Source of the DNA: Octopus sinensis
Lineage: Eukaryota
Direction of reading: 5' to 3'
Assembly: GCF_006345805.1 (NCBI RefSeq)
Contig: NC_043002.1
Location: 104,594,001 to 104,658,000 of the forward strand
Length of the DNA: 64,000 nucleotides
Shown here in pieces: positions 56,327 through 64,000 of the stretch (positions are counted from its first letter, which is position 1; each line of letters opens with the position of its first letter). The notes under the pieces are model-generated. The model had not been told where the DNA came from. It saw only the letters and a program-made list of their open reading frames with translations, and did no database searches. The position numbers and the translations under genes were made by a program.

Positions 56327-56398
56327 TTATGCTCACAAGCCAACTGACCTAGCTCTTGTTGAATCATGAAAATATACTAATGTCTAACAACTACATGA

Positions 56399-56453
<55 letters not shown>

Positions 56454-56653
56454 GTTGCTGCTGCTACTGCTTCTGCTGCTGCTGCTGCTGCTGCCGCCCA
56501 TTCTGTTGCTACTACTACTACTACTACTACTACTAATTTTCCAATTAACACTACCAGAACCACCACCACCAGTACTGCTACTACTACTACTACTTCTAAG
56601 ACTGCTACTGCTGCTGCTGCTGGTACTACTATTACTAGTACTGTTACTACTAT

Positions 56654-56715
<62 letters not shown>

Positions 56716-57064
56716 TTGCGTCATGCATTATTCATACACGTATCATAATAATTCGTTGATTTATACTGTTACATCCAAGGGAATTGATGAGTAATCACAT
56801 GGTTAGACCTGCTAGAGACAGCATCCAAGTGTTCCTCAAATCACAACTCATTTCCTCGGGAAAAATAACAACAAAACCAACATTGTTGAAGCCCTCCATA
56901 AACAATCCTCCATCTCACAACAAATGAAGGAGTTGTATTTGCAACGGAAAGCAACTATGGTAAACTACAAAGTAGTAGTAATAGCAGTAACAGTAGTAGT
57001 AATAGTAGTAGCAGCAGCAGCAGCAGTAGTAGTCTTAGTAGTAGTAGTGGTAGTAGTATATATA

Positions 57065-57142
<78 letters not shown>

Positions 57143-57171
57143 GTATATGCATATATAAACACATATCTATA

Positions 57172-57581
57172 CTCTTTACTCTCTTTTACTCTTTTACTTG
57201 TTTCAGTCATTTGACTGTGGCCATGCTGGAGCACCGCCTTTAGTCGAGCAAATCGACCCCGGGACTTATTCTTTGTAAGCCCAGTACTTATTCTATCGGT
57301 CTCTTATGCCGAACCGCTAAGTGACGGGGACGTAAACACACCGGCATCGGTTGTCAAGCAATGCTAGGGGGACAAACACAAACACACACACACACATATA
57401 TATATATATACATATATACGACAGGCTTCTTTCTGTTTCCGTCTACCAAATCCACTCACAAGGCATTGGTCGGTCCGGGGCTATAGCAGAAGACACTTGC
57501 CCAAGATGCCACGCAGTGGGACTGAACCCGGAACCATGTGGTTGGTTAGCAAGCTGCTTACCACACAGCCACTCTGCGCCT
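57172..57581 (-). mobile_element. Full-length SINE family C
   Basis: Minus-strand head GGCGCAGAGTGGCTGTGTGGTAAG..GGGTTCAGTCCC; 3' (AAAAGAGT)-like repeats. Confidence 0.88.
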
Positions 57582-57611
57582 ATACATACACACACACACA
57601 CACACACACAC

Positions 57612-57654
<43 letters not shown>

Positions 57655-57675
57655 ATATATATATATATATGTATT

Positions 57676-57839
57676 GGGGGAATTCACAAAAAAGCAAGAC
57701 GAAGAAAGGTCGTTTAGACAACAAACAGATGTATTTGTTTAACGCTCAGGAAGTGAAAAAGTCTTTAACGTTTCGAGCCAACGCTCTTCCACAGAAAGGG
57801 ACACAGAATGAAGCAGGGAGAGAAAATAAAAAATGTGTA
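57676..57839 (-). mobile_element. Short hammerhead-bearing repeat (family H2) within (TA)n
   Basis: Homologous in inverted orientation to 61661-61820; TA tracts on both sides. Confidence 0.75.
57763..57798 (-). ncRNA. Minimal hammerhead-like motif with variant core CUGUGGA
   Basis: CTTT-CTGTGGA-A-GAGC(gttg)GCTC-GAAA-CG-TT-AAAG; both stems pair perfectly. Confidence 0.65.
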
Positions 57840-57936
57840 TATATATATATAATATATATCTTAAACGCAAAAAACATGAACGCGAGGACGTGTTACATGT
57901 AAGTATTAGCAGACGATCAAGGAAGGAAAGAAAGGT

Positions 57937-57973
57937 TGTTTAAAGTTTCGTGCAAAGCTCTTTTTCAGAAACA
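57937..57973 (-). ncRNA. Degenerate minimal hammerhead-like motif
   Basis: TGTTT-CTGAAAA-A-GAGC(ttt)GCAC-GAAA-CTTT-AAACA; stem I is perfect, with three apparent substitutions elsewhere. Confidence 0.45.
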
Positions 57974-58108
57974 GGAGACAGAGGAAAAGTGTAAGTCTTA
58001 TTACATAGGTTATTTGAAGAAGACAAAGCCTCTGTATTTGGGTTCGGTCTCACTTCAAAAATGGTCTTCAATTGTGGTGATAAATGGTTGGAAGCTTGGA
58101 AGCTTATC

Positions 58109-58153
<45 letters not shown>

Positions 58154-58974
58154 ATACGTGTGTGCCTACAAGCACACACACCCACACGCACACACACACA
58201 CTCACACGCATACACACACATATATATATGTCTTTGTCTTTGTGTTATTGTATCTGTGTTTGTTAGCCCCTCCACACACACACCACTTGAAAATCGGTGT
58301 TGCTTTCCTTTTCAAATAATCAAAAGAGACAGATTACCGGACTTTAACAAATCAACGTAAGGACTTGTTAGACAAAAATCAGCCAAGAAGTGCCCCAGCA
58401 TGGGCGCAATCCAACGACAGACAAATAAATCACAACTAACACATAGTTGATTTGTTTATTTATTTGTTTTGTTTCTTTAATTTAGTCATTATTTACACAA
58501 CATAAACAAATGAAACAATTTTTTTCCGCATAGCAATTAGCGGTCGAATCAGTTTGTAAGCAGTGCGACCTTATTTCACTCCAAATACTTATAATATTAT
58601 TTATAACGATAGAGGTAAGCCGCATTTCAAATGAACTGTCAGCAATATATCGATTCAACTGTTCGATCGTCAAACAAATATTTGCATAGGCGAGTTGCGT
58701 GGGCTGAGTGCATTAAGGGCCTTCTGGTTCCAGCGGAAATACAACTCTTATTTAGAGTTCAGGTATAATGTTTTGTGCGTAAACGAATAAAAATATATCT
58801 CGTAATAATCCATTCTAGAATCGTCATAAGGTCTGGAATTTTGAGGTGGGGCTGGGGAGCTTGGCAATTAAATTATCCGCCCCGAAACGATGAAAAGCCA
58901 AGTCGCGGTCGGTAGATATTGAACTCAGAATATAACGACGAATGAAAGGACTTTTGTCCAACATGTTCACAATT

Positions 58975-59176
58975 CTTTTCTACTCTAGGCACAAGGCCCG
59001 CAATTTTGGGGGAGGGGACCAGTCGATTAGATCGAATCCAGTACGCAATAGGTATTTAATTTATCCACTCCAAAAGGATGAAAGGCAAAGTCGACGTAGG
59101 TTGAACTTGAACGTCAAGGCAGACGAAATACCGCTAAGCATCTCGTCCGGTGTGCTAACGTTTCTGCCAGCTCACC
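58975..59176 (-). mobile_element. SINE family A copy (another fragment at about 58830-58945)
   Basis: GGATGAAAGGCAAAGTCGAC..GACGAAATACCGCTAAGCA..TTCTGCCAGCTCACC. Confidence 0.8.
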
Positions 59177-59342
59177 AGTATACATGTTTTGATATTATAC
59201 AAATATAGCGAGAGAGATAAACAGATGAATAGATTGCAGGTATGTATACGCACCAACAATGGCTGTCACGCGGTGATATGCAGCAGACAGACACAGATAC
59301 ATACACCACACACGCACAAATGTATATATATACATATATATA

Positions 59343-59397
<55 letters not shown>

Positions 59398-59407
59398 AAT
59401 ATATATG

Positions 59408-59461
<54 letters not shown>

Positions 59462-59465
<4 letters not shown>

Positions 59466-59585
59466 CAGGCTTCTCCCAGTTTCCATCTACGAAATCCATT
59501 CCCAAGGCTTTGGTCGGCCCGAGGCTATAGTAGAAGGCACTTGCCGAAGTTCTATTGGGACCATGTGGCTGTGAAGCGAACCTCA
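59462..59585 (-). mobile_element. SINE family C 5' half
   Basis: CAAGGCTTTGGTCGGCCCGAGGCTATAGTAGAAG. Confidence 0.7.
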
Positions 59586-59789
59586 CATGTATATACCTAC
59601 GTATTTAGTTCTGAATAGTTCGACTGTGATATGATATTCAGACTTCGTATATTCCATTGGACAAGGAAACCTATGATGAATTCCTTTCATTCAACGGCAT
59701 TCTTTTGTATTGTTTTATGCATTGTCTGTCCAGGTCTGTCTTACAAAAAGCTTACATTTTTGAAGATGGTGAAATTTGCTTGGAAAGCG

Positions 59790-60075
59790 CGTGGCTTTGT
59801 GTTTAGGGTATTCGGCTAACGATCGTAAGAGCATGAGTTCGATTCTCGACGGCACGTTGTGTTTCTTGAGCAAGATATTTTATTTCACATTGCTCCAGTC
59901 CACTCAGCTGACAAAAATTAGTTGCAAGTGTAATTTAAAGGGGGCCAGCCTAATAACATTCTGTGCCACTCTGGTATGCGGAGTACTCATCCACCTTCAC
60001 GTTAATTTCAGCAGCAGGCTGCCCCTTTGATCAGATCAGCCGGAACCTTCGTCATCGTAGCCGAAAGGGCGTCAG
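59790..60075 (+). mobile_element. CORE-type SINE with a different 3' tail
   Basis: B box GAGTTCGATTC and CORE-like domain; the tail (CACGTTAATTTCA..GCAGGCTG..GGAACC) matches the reverse of 63735-63890. Confidence 0.7.
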
Positions 60076-60470
60076 TGAAAATCTGCTTTATGGTATGTTT
60101 CTCTGCAATGTATACATGATCAAGACAGCACCGACGTTGCATTGATGGACCTTGTATGTCCATACTTCAACTCAACTTAATATGAATACGGTTTCATATC
60201 TGTAGCAAGACTAAGTCCTTGAGAAAAAAGCCAAACCTTTACATCTTCGCATCCATAAAAATAAATCAGTATTCACGTGTTTGTAACGAATCATTTTCTT
60301 TTGTGTGTTTTCGGAGGCCGACTGACAAACCGGTGTGGCAGACTAACTACGCAGGAATTTAGATGTTAAATCATTGGATTTAGGAATTTAAATAGGAAAT
60401 TTCCTTCTAACATTTCATTTCTTTCTCATGCATTTCAATGTGTTTCAGCCATAAACCTTGGTAATTGCAA

Positions 60471-60520
<50 letters not shown>

Positions 60521-61591
60521 GAGGATGAGACAGGATTAACGTTGAGGTGGAATGAAAGAGGAAATAGTAGAGAGCTTTAGTGAGGTGAGTAATGGTATTG
60601 TCTCGTGGAAGTTGATGAGTTTCTTCCAACAAAGTAGAACGAATGGTCATTATATTAATGCTTCATTAAACTGGAATATTTGGCGAACAGGATAAATGTG
60701 AAGAGTTGTTAGAAATTGACCGAATGTGCTATTAAAACGCCGAATTATAAAGAATATATTCTATAGCGTTGTTAAAGATGGTTAAGTTTTATGTTCGAAT
60801 CGAAATCTGCAATTTTATTTCCTCTTTACAAAGAATGCCAAATTTGTCATTATTACAGTGTAGTAGCGTGAACTAAGCACCATGAACATTAATTCTATGA
60901 CCCGGTTTCAATTCCTTATTCCACTTCACCGACACAAACTAATGAACTTCAGAAATGGTTAATCGCACATATATACTAGCAATTCTCTGTGTGTTTATTT
61001 TTCTAATTATAAACACAAAATTAGAATATCATTTGAGGAGAACATCACAGTAACTTAATTACCAGTTTCGATTACATATCTATATTCATAGTTCATTCCT
61101 CAGGTATCATCTCTTTTTCTTGTCGTTCAGACCTATGATCGCTAGATTTCAAAATTTAATTATCTTTTCTTTTGTGTATATGCGAGACTACAAAAATATG
61201 TAATATGATGGTGATTTAACTGCCATTTCTAGTTGGCTGAGTAGACGGAGATACCCATTTTGTCATGTTAATATTACCATATTCAATAGACATGTATATC
61301 AGAATAATTCAATCGATTCTCACCTTCAGGTAAATATTAACAGCGTTACAGATATCGACAGCTTACATCAATAAAGCTAGCTGTATGAGTAAACATAGAA
61401 AATAAAAGCATACAAGAACCGGTTTCAAATTTGTGCCAAGCATGACTGATTCAGCCTTATTTCTCGTTCATAAATATTCTGCCATTGTTCCCCCAAGAAA
61501 CAAACGCTGCCTGTAGAAGATGCAGATGTTTCTTGCATTCCCTATGCGTGTATGCACACACACACATATATATACATATGACATTTACGTA

Positions 61592-61629
<38 letters not shown>

Positions 61630-61634
61630 TATAC

Positions 61635-61818
61635 AGTCGGCATGATAGCTCGTTAGCCACTACACATTTTTTTCTCTCCTGTTTTTCTGTGTCCCTTTCT
61701 GTAGAAGAGCATAGGCTTGAAACGTAAAGACCTTTTTCTATTCCTGAGCGTTATACTAATAAGTCTGTTTGTTTTGTACACCGCCTGTCTTCGTATTTTG
61801 TTCTTTTCGTAAACTCTC

Positions 61819-61820
<2 letters not shown>
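61635..61820 (+). mobile_element. Family H2 repeat, second copy, within (TA)n
   Basis: Matches the reverse complement of 57676-57839. Confidence 0.75.
61695..61729 (+). ncRNA. Minimal hammerhead-like motif with variant core CUGUAGA
   Basis: CTTT-CTGTAGA-A-GAGC(atag)GCTT-GAAA-CG-TA-AAG. Confidence 0.6.
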
Positions 61821-61877
<57 letters not shown>

Positions 61878-62999
61878 ATATATAATATATATATATTATA
61901 CCCTCTTTACCTCTCTCTCACTCTTGCTCTTTCTGCGTTTATTTGCCCCTGCCTTTCCTCATCTCCTACAAGCTACCATAAGGCCTTTCGATTTCTTATG
62001 TTACCCGTTCTGGTTTTGAATTGATTGTTCTACCGTCCAGTTTCTTTCTCTTTTGAACAATATGATCCTTAAGTGTCGAAATTCTGTGCAAGTTTGGTCG
62101 ACAGCTGATGATGGGGTGTATTTGTTTCGTCCGTATTGTGTTTCTTCTATTCAACAACGTTCTGTTCAACCACGTACCCGTGTCCTATCTTTGTACTACA
62201 ATTCTTATCATATACTTGTGATAAGCATGCCAACAGATCAAAAGTTCTGCGGTTGACAACAGAAGGGTTCTTCTTCAGGTAAATACTAATTTAAAACTCG
62301 CTGCTCCATTCAGGTCAAACGTAGAGGCGAAGGGACGAACCACTTGTAACCCTTATATTCCTGTTCATGTTAACTGAAAGTTTTCCGAAGTTCATGCATA
62401 GCTGAGCGCAGTTTCAGCAAGTTTCTGTGTGGGACAAAAACATCTCTGATGTTCATATCACTACAAGGATGTTTTGGAAAAATTTTAAATACCCTACAGA
62501 ACTTTCAAATACAAGATAGAAACAAAATGGTGCCGATTTATTTGAGTTTTAATTCATTTAACTAACTAGTAGATTCATTTGATTACTGTTAGTCTTTGAG
62601 AGATTCCTGCCAAAGTACATACTGGAATTATAAACAAAGGAAGGTAAAGTCTTGTCACATTTACGCGTCGGATACAAAGTTGACATTACACATTATGGTA
62701 TTACACCGTCAAAACATCACTCTTCATATATCAAATTCGTAAACAGTTATACAAGAAAATGTTTTTGAAACTTATGGTTCTCATATTTTCAATGATTCAC
62801 GAGGTTTTAATAACAACCGAGACTAGTGAACCATTATTACCTCCTGGCTGCTACAAACCATGTTCTTGAACCACGAGATCTGATATCACAGCGAGTGTAA
62901 TACTATACTTCGTTAACATATGGTTGTAACTTGCTTTACAAATTATAAATCACATATAAACACAATGCATGTTGTATATATGTATATATGTGTTGTAGT

Positions 63000-63044
<45 letters not shown>

Positions 63045-63096
63045 ATAATATATATAAATATACATATGTATATATATAAATATATATGAGGGGGAA

Positions 63097-63135
<39 letters not shown>

Positions 63136-63729
63136 GTATATATACATATCTGCAGGAACGCACACATATCTGCAATTGTGCGTGTGTTTGTGTGTGCGTA
63201 TGTATGTTTGCGCATATGTTTCTGTCTGTATGAATATAATCTTCGATCGAATGCACCACATCATCCTCCTCCGCTGCTGCTGCTGCTCTCTACGAACCAA
63301 CATCTGTTCATTAGAAGCAGCTGTACTCGAACATAAATTAACTTCCTCCATGTCTGTCAGTATATTTGTATATGTAAGGTCTAAACACGTGCCTATACAT
63401 ATTTACATCCATTCTTTAAAACTGTATACATTCGTCTCCAATACAGCTTTTTCCGATATCCCCTATTCAGTTTCATCTCCATCCGTTTTTTGCAGAAGTG
63501 ACTTTGTCCGACCATGGCCTCCACATAGACAAATCTTCTCCCAATGATTTTACTCCTTTTGCCCTCAGTTCTACTATGCCAGTTAATACCCTCTTATCAC
63601 TGTTCGCGTCCCCGATAAAGGTCACAACCTGAAAGGGAATGTTCTACGTTTTACCGAATACAAATGTGTTCTATTTTACGTTGTTTTCTGTAACGTGTAG
63701 AGTTAGCTATGATTGAGATATTTGGCATT

Positions 63730-64000
63730 CCTTCGGACGACGGGGGTTCCAGGTGATCCTGTCAATAGAACAGCCTTCTCGTGAAATTAGCGTGCAAGTG
63801 GCTGAGCACTCCACAGACACGTGTACCCTTAACATAATTCTCGGGGAGATTTAGCGTGACACGGAGTGTGACAAGGCTGGCCCTTTGAAATACAGATACA
63901 ACAGAAATAGTAAGAAAGAGTGAGAGAAAGTTGTGGTGAAAGAATACAGCAGGCTTCGCCAACACCCACTGCCGGTGCCTTGTGGAGCTTTAGATATTTT
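63730..64000 (-). mobile_element. SINE/retroelement 3' part, truncated by the window end
   Basis: Shares its tail with 59935-60075 but has different upstream sequence. Confidence 0.6.

Noticed and set aside
61371-61390. ATAAAGCTAGCTGTATGAGT resembles pieces of both miR-9 arms
   Set aside because: The pieces overlap in a short palindrome, the 5p seed is absent and there is no precursor hairpin.

Overview
AT-rich, microsatellite-saturated eukaryotic DNA. The SINE families, (TA)n/(TAA)n/(GATA)n density and LINE remnants suggest an octopus (coleoid cephalopod) intronic or intergenic region; this is inferred from repeat recognition, not a database search. No intact host protein-coding gene is visible, and nearly all listed ORFs are microsatellite translations. 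Recognisable content: at least three tRNA-headed SINE families (about 25 copies, some as tandem multimers), one full-length dead mariner with TIRs, five or six R4/Dong-clade LINE fragments in (TAA)n tracts, CR1-group and RTE LINE 3' ends, two local tandem duplications (0.75 and 1.6 kb), a candidate 26-nt minus-strand micro-exon and several promoter-like motif clusters. The most notable signal is five minimal hammerhead-ribozyme-like motifs in short non-coding repeats. One family fuses a Pol III tRNA-like head to a hammerhead-bearing tail. Another (two copies) shares a non-canonical CUGUNGA core. Coordinates of degenerate repeats are approximate (about +/-10-20 bp).
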